The translations under genes were made by a program, and so were the position numbers. Below are positions 1-10,193 of a DNA stretch of 64,000 bases, in pieces. The DNA is from Bacteroidetes bacterium UBA2364 (lineage in GTDB: Bacteria; Bacteroidota; Rhodothermia; Rhodothermales; UBA2364), in assembly GCA_002344075.1 (NCBI GenBank), contig DDTM01000057.1:24053-88052 (forward strand). Direction: 5' to 3'. Numbering within the stretch: the first letter of the stretch is position 1; the number at the start of each line of letters is the position of its first letter. The notes under the pieces were generated by a model. The model was given only the letters and a program-made list of their open reading frames with translations, was not told the origin of the DNA and made no database searches.

Positions 1-99
1 AGAATTAAAGTAAAAGCGCGCCAAAATACGGCCCGGTTCATCTATATCTTGCGAAGTGTGGTTGGATTTTGCGTGCGAAGGTTTTATTCATACACCTGA

Positions 100-438
100 T
101 TATTCTTCTGTACGACGTTTGGAACGACGTACAGAAGGTGTTTTGACGGTATTCACTGGTGTAGGTACGATAGGCTCTGGTGCGGGCAAGGCGTGAGGCT
201 GCAAATCCACACGGTTTAGTGAAAGTTGTGCGTGATACAGTTCCTCGGCCAATGCAATGCAAGTGAGGGTCATCGTTGTCAGATCGGTTTCGGTTGGTAG
301 ATTTGCACGTACTTGGGCTAAACGGTCATTGACCATTCCGATAATTTCGTGCATGACCGATTCGTGGTCGTGTTGTACACGAAGTGCAATATCTCGCCCA
401 AGCACTTTAAAAACGACCTTCCGTTCGCGCTGATTCAT
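100..438 (-). CDS. zapA: cell division protein ZapA-like
   Basis: 112-aa ORF. The N-terminal beta segment 'VVFKVLGRDIALRV' followed by long helices ('TMTLTCIALAEELYHAQ') matches the ZapA layout. It lies downstream of pheST, and its ATG overlaps the upstream stop (ATGA). Confidence 0.65.
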   Translation of the reverse strand: MNQRERKVVFKVLGRDIALRVQHDHESVMHEIIGMVNDRLAQVRANLPTETDLTTMTLTCIALAEELYHAQLSLNRVDLQPHALPAPEPIVPTPVNTVKTPSVRRSKRRTEE

Positions 439-869
439 GGACCGTTTACTTCATGAGAAGATGGAATTTCGGACTCGGAGGCGACATAAGCATCCAATGC
501 CCCTACAAAAAGTTCGATTTTGTCTTTTACAAAAGAAGATTCTTCTTCCAAAGTAGCCGATAACGAGAGTCGGTTTGGGGATATTTCATTTCCCAACGTT
601 CGGATCCGCTCAAACAATGTAATGTTTTCTGCACGTAGTTTTTCCATCTCCAGAACGGCCAATTGCATATTGATCCGCAATTGTTCGAGGCTTACGGTAC
701 TTTGTAGAACCGCTATTGGAGCCGAAGGAGGCAACGGCGTTGGTTTTTGCGTGGGGGGTGGAGCCTCTGGATTTTCGGAAACAGCAGGCGCACGTTCCTT
801 GTCTCGGTCCCGGTTACGGTTACGATCGTTATGCCGGTTGCGATGGTGATGTGGTCGGTTTTGGGCCAT
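435..869 (-). CDS. hypothetical coiled-coil protein with His/Arg/Asn/Asp-rich N-terminus
   Basis: 144-aa ORF between pheT and zapA on the same strand. It has a low-complexity N-terminus, a Pro-rich linker and a heptad-like C-terminal half, and overlaps zapA by 4 nt. Confidence 0.55.
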   Translation of the reverse strand: MAQNRPHHHRNRHNDRNRNRDRDKERAPAVSENPEAPPPTQKPTPLPPSAPIAVLQSTVSLEQLRINMQLAVLEMEKLRAENITLFERIRTLGNEISPNRLSLSATLEEESSFVKDKIELFVGALDAYVASESEIPSSHEVNGP

Positions 870-957
870 CGAATACTTGACTGATGAAAGAAAATAGGCA
901 ATAATAACAGTAATATAAGCCTTCGCTCAGGAATTAGGTAATCCGGTCATCATTGGT

Positions 958-3450
958 TTAGGCACGCAAAACCGCCCGATGGCGATCAGCCAGTTGTTTA
1001 ACGACACGGGCAACAAGAGTTTCCACTTCTTTGTCCACCAACGTTCGGTCTGAAGCTCCAAGACGCAGTGAAAATGCGATACTCTTGGTATCTGGGGCAA
1101 TGTTGTCGCCCTCATAAAGGTCAAACACACGGACTTCCTGTAGGAGTTTTCCACCCGTCCGGCGGATGGTTTCGAGTAATGCGCCCGCTGCTTCGTTTTT
1201 GGAGACGGTAACCGCTAAGTCACGCTCCACAATTGGGTAACGGCTAATTTCCTGGTATGCCCGTCTGGTTTTGATTCCAATGAGTTTGGATAGGACGGTC
1301 CAGTTTAAGGAGGCAAAGAATACTTCCTGTTTGACATCGAAGTGCTTGGCCGTTTCGTCGGAAAGGCGGGCCACAACTCCCAGTATCTGATGCCCGGATT
1401 GAATTTTTATTTGATACGATGTCAGTGCAGAAGGTTCATTTTCAGGAATCAACTGGACATGCTGTACCAATCCAAAACGTCGGAGGAGCGACTCGACAAC
1501 GCCTTTAGCGTCGAAAATGGTCACTTTTTCTTCACGAACATTCCACCCGGCTGCATTCACTGTGCCTGTCATAATAAATAAAGCCTCTTCATATTCGTAG
1601 TAGCCTTTTACAGGAACACGCATGCTTTCCGAACGACGATATACGGAACTGACCTCCATTAGGCGAAGACTTTTGCGCCCATGATTCAGGTTATGCGCCA
1701 CTATAGGAAGGGCCGAAAGCAGCAAATTCGGGCGAAGAGCACCCATCTCACTCGAAATGGGATTTAAGGTTTCCACTATCCCCGTTTCTCCGGCAAAAAA
1801 CTGAGCCCGTTCCGCTTTAACCATACTATTGGTGTACATTTCTCGGAAGCCCATGCTCGTACCAAACTGAAGCAACGAACGCCGCAAATCGTCGGTTGGA
1901 TTGGGGGCTGGCGGTTGGTTCGGCGTAGCCGAGTGCGTAGGCAAGGGGATGTTGTCGTAGCCATAGAGCCGTGCAATTTCTTCGATTACATCTATTTCCC
2001 GCTCCACATCAGGGCGGAAGGTGGGCACAGAACATACCAAACCTTCTGGCGATTCAGCGACTTCGAACCCGATCGCTGTTAACAGACGACGCATTTCTTC
2101 GTCTGAAATATCGGCGCCAATAACCGCCCGCGCCCGCGTCGGACGCAGGGTGAGGACCAAAGAGCTATCGTGAATAGGGTTTGCGTCCACCATACCCGGA
2201 ACCACCTGCCCACCAGAGAATTCGGCGATGAGTGCCGCCGCCCGTGCTGCTGCCCAGACCTGTCCGTTAGGATCTACACCCCGTTCAAAACGATAAGACG
2301 CATCGGTAGAAAGGCGTCCTTCTTCTTTGTCTGCTTCACGAATGTTTTTCGCTGCTTTGCGTATAGCTGTTGGATTGAACCAAGCTGATTCCAGCAAGAC
2401 ATTTACCGTAGTGTCTGTCACTTCCGAGTTTTCGCCCCCCATAATTCCCCCAATCGCGACTTCTCGTTCGCTATCGCATATCATTATGGTGCCTTTGGGC
2501 AAGATACGGGGCTTGCTGTCTAATGTGGTAAAGGGCAAGGGGCCTTGGGTTTGTCGTACCACAATTTTATGGCCAGCAAGTTGATCAAAATCGAAGGCGT
2601 GGAGTGGTTGCCCACATTCGTACATTACATAGTTGGTTACATCCACAATATTGTTCCGTGGACGTAGCCCGATAGCTTCGAGGCGTTGTTGCATCCACTT
2701 GGGTGAGGGACCAATCTTTACACCCTCAACCAGAATGCCCACATACCGATGACACACATCGGGACACTCGATCTCTACCGAGAATTTATGGGCCGCTTCA
2801 CCACCATGTTCTGGCAGATCTACAGCGGGTATTTGTACAGAGATACCCGTCACGGCACTAAGATCACGGGCAATACCCAGATGACTGATGGCATCCGGAC
2901 GATTCGGGGTGATGTTCACATCCGTCACCGTGTCGCTCTCGGAAGTACCTTGCTGGTCTAAGTAGTCTGCAAAGGTTTGACCTGTCACCGCAGTTTCTGC
3001 CAAGACCATGATGCCACTGTGGTCCTCCGAAAGTCCCAGTTCCATCGCCGAGCAAATCATACCATTAGATTCTTCGCCCCGGATTTTACCTTTTTTGATA
3101 GTTATTTCGGTCTTTGGCGCATCAGGGTTATGTTTTTCGGTTGGCAGCATCAACTTCGTTCCAATCGTTGCAACCACCACTTTTTGCCCTGCGGCCACAT
3201 TGGGTGCACCACAAACAATTTTGATTCCTTTTCCGCTTCCATCCAAGTCCACATGGCATACCGAGAGTTTATCGGCGTTTGGGTGTTGTTCGCGGGCGAG
3301 GACATGTCCCACGATGAGTCCTGGAAAGGTATTGCCCACCGTCCATGACTCTTCTTCTTCCAGTCCCAGCATGGTGAGGGTATCGGCCACTTCCTGCGGC
3401 GTAAGGTCATGCGAAATATAATCCTTAAGCCAGTTATGCGAAATATTCAT
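958..3450 (-). CDS. pheT: phenylalanine--tRNA ligase beta subunit
   Basis: 830 aa. The N-terminal tRNA-binding domain ('HPNADKLSVCHVDLG'), B3/4-B5 core and C-terminal FDX-ACB-like domain are collinear with PheT. It lies directly downstream of pheS. Confidence 0.97.
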   Translation of the reverse strand: MNISHNWLKDYISHDLTPQEVADTLTMLGLEEEESWTVGNTFPGLIVGHVLAREQHPNADKLSVCHVDLDGSGKGIKIVCGAPNVAAGQKVVVATIGTKLMLPTEKHNPDAPKTEITIKKGKIRGEESNGMICSAMELGLSEDHSGIMVLAETAVTGQTFADYLDQQGTSESDTVTDVNITPNRPDAISHLGIARDLSAVTGISVQIPAVDLPEHGGEAAHKFSVEIECPDVCHRYVGILVEGVKIGPSPKWMQQRLEAIGLRPRNNIVDVTNYVMYECGQPLHAFDFDQLAGHKIVVRQTQGPLPFTTLDSKPRILPKGTIMICDSEREVAIGGIMGGENSEVTDTTVNVLLESAWFNPTAIRKAAKNIREADKEEGRLSTDASYRFERGVDPNGQVWAAARAAALIAEFSGGQVVPGMVDANPIHDSSLVLTLRPTRARAVIGADISDEEMRRLLTAIGFEVAESPEGLVCSVPTFRPDVEREIDVIEEIARLYGYDNIPLPTHSATPNQPPAPNPTDDLRRSLLQFGTSMGFREMYTNSMVKAERAQFFAGETGIVETLNPISSEMGALRPNLLLSALPIVAHNLNHGRKSLRLMEVSSVYRRSESMRVPVKGYYEYEEALFIMTGTVNAAGWNVREEKVTIFDAKGVVESLLRRFGLVQHVQLIPENEPSALTSYQIKIQSGHQILGVVARLSDETAKHFDVKQEVFFASLNWTVLSKLIGIKTRRAYQEISRYPIVERDLAVTVSKNEAAGALLETIRRTGGKLLQEVRVFDLYEGDNIAPDTKSIAFSLRLGASDRTLVDKEVETLVARVVKQLADRHRAVLRA

Positions 3451-3502
3451 GTTCTATGTAACGTATTATATTTTTTAAATCTGAAAGACTGTCACAAACT
3501 GC

Positions 3503-4510
3503 TTAGAATTGTTCTAAGAACCGCAAGTCATTTTCGTACAACACGCGAATGTCGGTAATACCGTGCCGCAACATTGCAATGCGCTCCACGCCCATTCCAA
3601 AGGCATAGCCCGTATATTTTTCGGAATCTATCCCACAGTTTTCGAGGACATTAGGATCTACCATGCCACATCCCAGAATTTCCAGCCACCGTCCAGAGCC
3701 GTCTTCGTTCTGCCACCAAATGTCCACCTCGGCACTTGGCTCGGTAAATGGGAAGAAACTGGGACGAAACCGCATTTTTACCCCCACGCCAAAGGCTGCT
3801 TCGGCAAACATCCGAAGGACTTGCTTCAGGTCTGCAAACGTCACCTGTTCATCTACATAAAGCCCTTCTACTTGATGAAAGAGGCAATACGATTTATAGG
3901 TAATGGTCTCGTTTCGATATACACGCCCTGGGGCAATGATGCGGATGGGCGGCTGCGTGTTCTGCATGGTACGTACCTGTACTGGCGAAGTATGGGTACG
4001 CAACACTACACCACCATTTTCGTTGTTAGGTGCTTCCACGAAGAATGTATCCTGCATGTCGCGAGCGGGATGATCGGGCGGAAAATTGAGGGCGGAAAAA
4101 TTATACCAATCTTCCTCGATCTCTGGCCCCTCGGCTACACCAAACCCAAAACTAAGAAAAATCCGCTTAATCTCTTCCATCGTTTGACGAATAGGATGTA
4201 GTCCTCCAACGGGTTGCATACGCCCTGGCAATGTAAGGTCTATGGCCTGTGCAACTGCCTGTTTCTGTGCAGCCTCCACAAATGCCTGCGCCGCTGTGAG
4301 ACGAGCCTCCACGAGTTGTTTTAGGGTATTCACAGCCGCTCCATAAGCTTTACGCTCCTCTGGAGCGATCTTGCCGATCTGGCTAAACAAATCGGTAAGG
4401 AGGCCATTTTTACGGCCTAAGTACTTAATACGAAAGGCTTCGACCGAGGCAGCATCGTGCAGGTCTTCTGCCTGAATTTGCGACTCCAGCGTGGCTAAGG
4501 AAGAAATCAT
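3503..4510 (-). CDS. pheS: phenylalanine--tRNA ligase alpha subunit
   Basis: 335 aa with class II aaRS motifs: '[16 protein letters not shown]' (motif 2) and '[14 protein letters not shown]' (motif 3). Confidence 0.97.
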   Translation of the reverse strand: MISSLATLESQIQAEDLHDAASVEAFRIKYLGRKNGLLTDLFSQIGKIAPEERKAYGAAVNTLKQLVEARLTAAQAFVEAAQKQAVAQAIDLTLPGRMQPVGGLHPIRQTMEEIKRIFLSFGFGVAEGPEIEEDWYNFSALNFPPDHPARDMQDTFFVEAPNNENGGVVLRTHTSPVQVRTMQNTQPPIRIIAPGRVYRNETITYKSYCLFHQVEGLYVDEQVTFADLKQVLRMFAEAAFGVGVKMRFRPSFFPFTEPSAEVDIWWQNEDGSGRWLEILGCGMVDPNVLENCGIDSEKYTGYAFGMGVERIAMLRHGITDIRVLYENDLRFLEQF

Positions 4511-4742
4511 AACAACGATTTTGGTATCAAGTTTTGTAATCCGTTAAATTATATCGTACCTGACCAAGCCGATAAAGGATTCTTGGCGAAAGCGGCAACA
4601 AAATGACAGGATTTGCACGTTGATTTTTCAGAAAAACGTTTTCATTACGCATCTACCCTCTATTCTTTTGTTTAAGGCTTCGCGGTGCTCCTGAAAGAAG
4701 TTGATCGGTTGATTCGTTTTGCATGAGGAATCGCTAAACGCT

Positions 4743-6956
4743 TCAGCAACGGTCTATCACCGCCACATTCCGGGTGTTAAGAGAAAGTTGCCAACCTGGT
4801 TCTAATACCACAGTTGCATTTTGGCTTACCAGAAGCGCGGGACCATTTAATGTTGCACCGGAATTTAGTTCTTCCCACTGGTAAACTGGAGCGGCAAACC
4901 ATGTTTTTTGGACCAAGAAGAATGTGCTGCGGGTGGCAGGCGGAACGTAATGCGAGGTTGTCTCTGCAAAGACTTCGGGTGGCAGGCGATTGCGGCCTCG
5001 CGCTTGTATAGAAACACACTCTATGACACTGCCTGCAATCCAATGGCCGTACATACGTTCATAAGCAGTCTTAAAAACACGGGCCAATTCACGTCGGTTT
5101 TCCTGCATAGGCACCTCAATCCAGGATTCCTGACCGGAAAGGCGGAGTCGGAGGGTTTGAGATACTATTTCTTGTGTGGCTTCAGGAATCCCCTCTTCCG
5201 ACAATTGTACCCGAATCTGTGTTTCCAATTGCCGGAAGTATTGGCGCAGACGCGGCATCGAGGGCAACTTAGTCAGTATTTCTTGGTGTGCAAACCGTTC
5301 GATGGCTGCATGTCCGATACCATAAGCGCTTAACAAACCAGCCTGATAGGGAATAAGAATTTTTTGGATACCAAGTGCATCAGCCAACGCACATACATGC
5401 TGTCCACCAGCGCCGCCAAAACCGAGGAGGCTATACATTGCCGGATTTGCCCCTTTTGCCAACGAGATTTTACGGATGGCATCGGCCATTTTTTCGTTTG
5501 CAATCTGGATAAAACCTGCCAATAGGGCTTCTTTTGAAAAGTTTTTTCCGGTGTTTTCGTGGAGACGCTGCTGGATTTCTTCAATGCGACTCTTTGCAGC
5601 CTCGGTTACAATCGGCAGGCCAAAGGAGGGCGAATCCAATCTTCCTGCCAGAAGGTTTATATCCGTAATGGTTAACGGGCCACCCGCGCCATAACATGCC
5701 GGGCCGGGATATGCACCCGCACTTTTTGGACCCACCGTCAGCCTGAATCCGTCAAACCCGCAGACGGATCCTCCTCCGGCGGCTACGGTTTCGATGGCGA
5801 GCGAAGGAGAAAGCAAGCGTACATCTCCAATTTGGGTTTCCATCCGATAATCAAACCCATTGTCGTAGCGCGAAACATCGGTACTGGTTCCGCCCATGTC
5901 GAAGGTGAGTAGGCGATTTTCGCCGCAAAGCCGAGCAATTCGGGCAGATCCGATGACTCCACCCGCTGGTCCAGAAAGCAGGCTGTCTTTTGCAGTAAAC
6001 AAATCCGACCGGACCAAATGTCCGGCACTGGTCATAACCCTAAAATTGGGCGTGGTATCCCAGGAAAGTTTACCCAAAATCCCGGACAGATACGTTCGGA
6101 TGAGGGGATCCAAATAGGCATTGATGAGCGTAGTTTCGGTTCGGAACAATAATTTTATGTGGGGCGCAAGGGCCGATGAGGCCGATACGAAGCGGAAGCC
6201 AGCATCCCGAAAAGCGTTTTCTAAGTATTGTTCGTGTATTGGATTCCGGTAGCTATGGAGCAGGGCAATCGCGACAGAATCAAAACTGCCCTGTTGGACC
6301 GATTGTACCAATACCTGCACGGCTTCTTCCGATAGATCCTTAATAATACCTCCATCCGCTGCAAGCCTTTCCGGAACCTCGAATACGCCTGCATAAAGGG
6401 GAGGCGGTTTACGAATTTCGAGTGCAAACAGTTCGGGCCGAGCCTGTGTTCCGATGAGCGGTAAATCCCGAAAACCCTGCGTAATGAGCAACGCCACTCG
6501 TGCGCCCTTTCTTTCCAAAAGGGCATTGGTGCCGCGTGTAGAGCCTAATTTCAGTGTAATGGGCGGAAAGGCCATACCCAAAGCCGTTTCTGTGACCAAT
6601 CGGGCGGCCAAGATCGGAGGCTCCTCGAACGCGGTTAGTTCAAAGGTTCCCAAGCCTAAGGTTGGAGAAGGGGTTTGTAGGACGATACGCCGGGCCGAAC
6701 TGTCCACTTTTTCTACCAAAACAGGAGGGCTATCGGGTAAAATCCGAAAAGCGTAACCCTCAAAGATAGATGCTTGGGTGGGCCATTGGGCCTCGAAGTA
6801 CAGTGTTTTACCATCTTCCCAGCGGTTGATGCGTCCACGCAATGCCCCATTACTCAGAATTTTGAACGAACGGACTTTTCCGTCTGGCAGTCGTGCTAGA
6901 CAGTCTGTAAATGTTCCGCCCGTATCCATCCAAAGTTCATAGGGTGATGTTTCCAT
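4743..6956 (-). CDS. hydantoinase/oxoprolinase (HyuA-type) family protein
   Basis: 'WMDTGGTFTDC' at the N-terminus and 'LTFDMGGTSTDVS' are the two ASKHA-type phosphate motifs of the Hydantoinase_A family. I placed the start at the internal Met (METSPYEL...) because the longer ORF (to 7151) would overlap the RNase T2 gene by about 180 nt. Confidence 0.85.
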   Translation of the reverse strand: METSPYELWMDTGGTFTDCLARLPDGKVRSFKILSNGALRGRINRWEDGKTLYFEAQWPTQASIFEGYAFRILPDSPPVLVEKVDSSARRIVLQTPSPTLGLGTFELTAFEEPPILAARLVTETALGMAFPPITLKLGSTRGTNALLERKGARVALLITQGFRDLPLIGTQARPELFALEIRKPPPLYAGVFEVPERLAADGGIIKDLSEEAVQVLVQSVQQGSFDSVAIALLHSYRNPIHEQYLENAFRDAGFRFVSASSALAPHIKLLFRTETTLINAYLDPLIRTYLSGILGKLSWDTTPNFRVMTSAGHLVRSDLFTAKDSLLSGPAGGVIGSARIARLCGENRLLTFDMGGTSTDVSRYDNGFDYRMETQIGDVRLLSPSLAIETVAAGGGSVCGFDGFRLTVGPKSAGAYPGPACYGAGGPLTITDINLLAGRLDSPSFGLPIVTEAAKSRIEEIQQRLHENTGKNFSKEALLAGFIQIANEKMADAIRKISLAKGANPAMYSLLGFGGAGGQHVCALADALGIQKILIPYQAGLLSAYGIGHAAIERFAHQEILTKLPSMPRLRQYFRQLETQIRVQLSEEGIPEATQEIVSQTLRLRLSGQESWIEVPMQENRRELARVFKTAYERMYGHWIAGSVIECVSIQARGRNRLPPEVFAETTSHYVPPATRSTFFLVQKTWFAAPVYQWEELNSGATLNGPALLVSQNATVVLEPGWQLSLNTRNVAVIDRC

Positions 6957-6972
6957 ACCATTTTCTCTTGCG

Positions 6973-7644
6973 TCATCGTACACTGCGAACCAAAAAATCC
7001 GGTTGTCCACAAGATCGTTTGGAAACGCGCAATACTTCATCCGAGCATCCTGTGGGGAAACCGTTTTTATTAAAACAAACCCGTAGTTCCTGAAAGAACC
7101 TTCCACCGCCAGCGCAAATCGGGGCCAATCCATCTGCTTTGATGGTGGCATTTTCTTGTATAAAGGCTTGTTTTAGGGCATCGGCAGTGGTCCGAAAAGG
7201 TTGCGTAGGACGCTGATAGGCTGTTGGAATCCGCACACCGTCTTTGAGTTTTTTGGAAAGGTTCAGGTATCCCTGTTGCGAAAGGCCGGAGCAAGTTCCG
7301 TGTTTTTTCCATTCGTGGCGTGCCAGTTTTTCGCTCGGAAAGAGGCTGGAAAACAGGGCCAAAGTACGGTCTTTTAAGGCTTCTTGAGTGCAATTTTGTG
7401 GCCATCCTTTGGTGTTTTGCGGCCAAAGGCCATGCAAGACGAATCCTAATTGTTTACCGACGCCACATTGCTGTGGGTCATTTTGTCCTTTCTCGGCGCA
7501 ATACGTGGGCGACCAGGAAAGGGCAAGGAGGTAATAATCGAACTGACCGGGCTTACTTTTCTGAGCCAGAATTTCAGCAGGGGAAAGCATCAAGAAGTAC
7601 CCAATAATAGCCAAAGTAATTGCTAAGGATCGGTTATGGTCCAT
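6973..7644 (-). CDS. ribonuclease T2 family protein, secreted
   Basis: 223 aa with a signal peptide. Contains RNase T2 active-site blocks CAS I 'FVLHGLWPQ' and CAS II 'HEWKKHGTC'. Confidence 0.85.
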   Translation of the reverse strand: MDHNRSLAITLAIIGYFLMLSPAEILAQKSKPGQFDYYLLALSWSPTYCAEKGQNDPQQCGVGKQLGFVLHGLWPQNTKGWPQNCTQEALKDRTLALFSSLFPSEKLARHEWKKHGTCSGLSQQGYLNLSKKLKDGVRIPTAYQRPTQPFRTTADALKQAFIQENATIKADGLAPICAGGGRFFQELRVCFNKNGFPTGCSDEVLRVSKRSCGQPDFLVRSVR

Positions 7645-7665
7645 GTTACAAAAGGGTTGAGTTTG

Positions 7666-8136
7666 TTAAATCCAGTTCATGCGTTGCCGGAGGCTTGTAA
7701 TTTGCGCCAGATGGATTTCGCCATGTGTTACATAGGAATCCAAGAGACCTTCTAAGGACATGGGGCCATTCTCCGGATGAAAGACCGGGCGCTTCCAATC
7801 TGCCTCGGCTACGTGGGCCAAGACATCTGACCACCGGGCATGTAAGGCGTGCAGTATGGCCAAGGAGTGGTCTATCGGAGCTGTTTTGCCATCCGGAAGT
7901 TCAGCCCATGCGTTTTGATTATAGGGACGAATTGTTGGATTTTCCTCGGTAAGGGCCAGTTTGCAACGGATATAAGCATTCATGTGCGAATCCGCCAAAT
8001 GATGTACTACCTGTCGGATAGTCCAGCCCTTCGACCGATAAGGCGTATCGAGTTGTGCGTCTTCAAGGCCCTGTAGAGCGTTTTCTAAATGGCGAGGGAG
8101 TACGCGAAGCCGATTTATTTTTTCAGAATGTCGCAT
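7666..8136 (-). CDS. DinB/YfiT-family metal-dependent protein
   Basis: 156 aa. The pattern 'WTIRQVVHHLADSH ... HALHARW ... HGEIHLAQI' is the His-triad four-helix pattern of DinB_2/YfiT proteins. Confidence 0.75.
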   Translation of the reverse strand: MRHSEKINRLRVLPRHLENALQGLEDAQLDTPYRSKGWTIRQVVHHLADSHMNAYIRCKLALTEENPTIRPYNQNAWAELPDGKTAPIDHSLAILHALHARWSDVLAHVAEADWKRPVFHPENGPMSLEGLLDSYVTHGEIHLAQITSLRQRMNWI

Positions 8137-8338
8137 TTACTTAAGAGAAGATATTTGAGCGTAAGGAAGCCTCAATTTGTGATAACCAGATTTGATAATA
8201 GCCCGTTCGTGTAGTAGTTTGCAAGTACTGAATACAACAGACACCTAAAAAAATAGGGAGAAATGAAACCGTCTATCGGTCATCTCGTCCAAACATTCTG
8301 TTTTATTGACTTATCAAACCCTTAACGACCAAGAAATC

Positions 8339-10120
8339 ATGGCAAAAAAAAGCGCTCCAACAGGCTTTGCAGCAGTGGAACAATACATCGCTTATTACCC
8401 CGAATGGGCAAAGGAACTGGCCCGGAAGTATTTCACCAAAACCCTGAATCAATTTATTCTCTATGGAAATGTCCGGAACTTGGTTCCGTCATTGGACGAG
8501 AATGACAATCCTACCTATATATCGTTACGGGAATTTTTAATTCAGGATCTTTTTGCAGGACGCGATATCATCCTGTTTTATGACCGCTCTGCCGGAATTC
8601 AGTTTGGGAATGCAGAATCTCAGAAGGATTTTAACCGTGCATTATCGGGCTACGATACCATTTTTGGAACCGATTATGCACAAAAAGTCCCGAAAGACCC
8701 GGTACGTGTTTTTGCTGTTTTGGAAAATTATTTCCGGCTTCGATTAGCAGATGGAAAAAGAGTGGCCGTTATTATGGATTATGCCGAGACACTCATTCCA
8801 ATGTCTGAAGCAGGTAATCTTTCTACCGAAGACCGGAATGCCTTGGTTTTTTTGCAACGTTGGGCACACGATCCGCTCTTTCTAAATCGTGATTTTACCC
8901 TTTGTCTGGTTGCAGAAAGCCTCACTGCACTCAACCAACAGTTGGTACAAAGTCCTTATACAGCAGAAATAAAAATTCAGATTCCTGAAGAACCACAGCG
9001 TCTTACCTTTATTAAATGGTATATCGGCAAAAGAACTGCCGACTTCAAGAAACTATCCGAAGTAATTCCCGAGACCTTGGCACAAAATACTGCCGGCCTC
9101 AATTACATCCAACTCCGCACCATTTTGGCCGATGTCCTTGAAAATCAACATCCCCTTACCTTTGATTTTCTGATCAAGCGGAAAAAAGAACTCATCGAAG
9201 CAGAAGCATTCGGTATGCTTGAGTTTGTGGAAACCGATTATAGTTTAGACATGGTAGCCGGACATCGCGAGGTTAAAAAACATTTGCGTGAGGCAGCGGT
9301 TGCCCTTAAAAGTGGCCGTCCGGATGTCATGCCGATGGGGTATTTGGTCAATGGGCCAGTAGGGACGGGGAAAACCTTTATCATCACTTGTTTTGCCGGA
9401 GAAATTGGCGTGCCAATGGTGAAACTGAAGAACTTCCGATCTCAATGGCAGGGCCAAACCGAAGCCAATCTGGAGCGGATTCTGGCACTCTTGCAGGCCA
9501 TGACGCCTGTTGCCGTGATGATTGACGAAGCCGATGCGATGCTTGGTGACCGTAATAACCAAGGTGATTCTGGGGTTTCTAACCGTGTTTTTGGCCAAAT
9601 TGCGAGTTTTATGAGCAACTCCAAGAACCGAGGAAAAATCCTCTGGTTCCTCCTAACGGCTCGCCCAGACCTTATGCCCATTGACTTAAAGCGGCAAGGC
9701 CGCGCCGAGGAGCATTTGGCTCTATTTTATCCCTCTACTCGCGAAGACAGAGAAGAATTACTGACCGTAACCATGAAGAAAACCAAGACGGTCCTTTCGA
9801 TGGAGGAGGTCCCCGAAACCTTCCTAAATGGAGAAGCCACGTTTTCTGGTGCCGATATGGAGGCCATTTTTACCCGTGCTAAATTCCGCGCAGTTTCCCG
9901 TTCCGAGAAGGCAACAGATGCCAAAATAACGAAGGAAATCCTTCAGGAAACCATTGATGATTTTATCCCACCTACCTATCCGATGGAGGTGGAGCTGCAG
10001 AACCTAGCGGCGGTGATGGAGTGTACCAGCAAGCAGTTATTACCTGAAAAATACCGCAACATGAAGCGCGAGGAAATCCTGCAACGCATCGAGCAAATCA
10101 AGCGTTTAATGGGTATTTAA
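8339..10120 (+). CDS. AAA+ ATPase with degenerate N-terminal AAA-like module
   Basis: Walker A 'GPVGTGKTF', Walker B 'VAVMIDEAD' and second region of homology 'LLTARPDLMPIDLKRQGR' lie in the C-terminal half. ATG at 8339 is preferred over TTG at 8306. Confidence 0.85.
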   Translation: MAKKSAPTGFAAVEQYIAYYPEWAKELARKYFTKTLNQFILYGNVRNLVPSLDENDNPTYISLREFLIQDLFAGRDIILFYDRSAGIQFGNAESQKDFNRALSGYDTIFGTDYAQKVPKDPVRVFAVLENYFRLRLADGKRVAVIMDYAETLIPMSEAGNLSTEDRNALVFLQRWAHDPLFLNRDFTLCLVAESLTALNQQLVQSPYTAEIKIQIPEEPQRLTFIKWYIGKRTADFKKLSEVIPETLAQNTAGLNYIQLRTILADVLENQHPLTFDFLIKRKKELIEAEAFGMLEFVETDYSLDMVAGHREVKKHLREAAVALKSGRPDVMPMGYLVNGPVGTGKTFIITCFAGEIGVPMVKLKNFRSQWQGQTEANLERILALLQAMTPVAVMIDEADAMLGDRNNQGDSGVSNRVFGQIASFMSNSKNRGKILWFLLTARPDLMPIDLKRQGRAEEHLALFYPSTREDREELLTVTMKKTKTVLSMEEVPETFLNGEATFSGADMEAIFTRAKFRAVSRSEKATDAKITKEILQETIDDFIPPTYPMEVELQNLAAVMECTSKQLLPEKYRNMKREEILQRIEQIKRLMGI

Positions 10121-10140
10121 GCACAAGTATTCCTAAAAAC

Positions 10141-10174
10141 AAAGAGCGGATTTGGAAACAAACCCGCTCTTTTC
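10141..10174. terminator. bidirectional intrinsic terminator between convergent genes
   Basis: Hairpin AAAGAGCGG-ATTTG-GAAA-CAAAC-CCGCTCTTT with one internal mismatch. It is flanked by an A-run upstream and a T-run downstream, so it reads as stem plus U-tail on both strands. Confidence 0.6.
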
Positions 10175-10193
10175 CATTTGGAATCCGAACTAA

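Noticed and set aside
1-99. 6S RNA (ssrS) downstream of zapA, as in E. coli
   Set aside because: Only ~99 nt are available before the window edge, and I cannot recognise a 6S-type structure from so little sequence.
2977-3421. 123-aa and 137-aa plus-strand ORFs
   Set aside because: They are antisense to pheT, overlap each other in different frames, and have low-complexity translations.
3563-4201. 212-aa plus-strand ORF
   Set aside because: It lies entirely antisense to the unambiguous pheS gene. It has no recognisable motifs and is a typical shadow ORF in ~50% GC DNA.
4511-4742. T-box or attenuator leader upstream of pheS
   Set aside because: No specifier-loop or T-box consensus and no terminator/antiterminator pair is visible. 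The only feature is a short palindrome (GAAAAACGTTTTC at ~4632-4644) without a U-tail.
6957-7151. N-terminal 65-codon extension of the hydantoinase ORF
   Set aside because: It would overlap the RNase T2 coding region by ~180 nt. The family normally begins just before the 'DTGGTFTD' motif, so the internal Met at 6956 is preferred.
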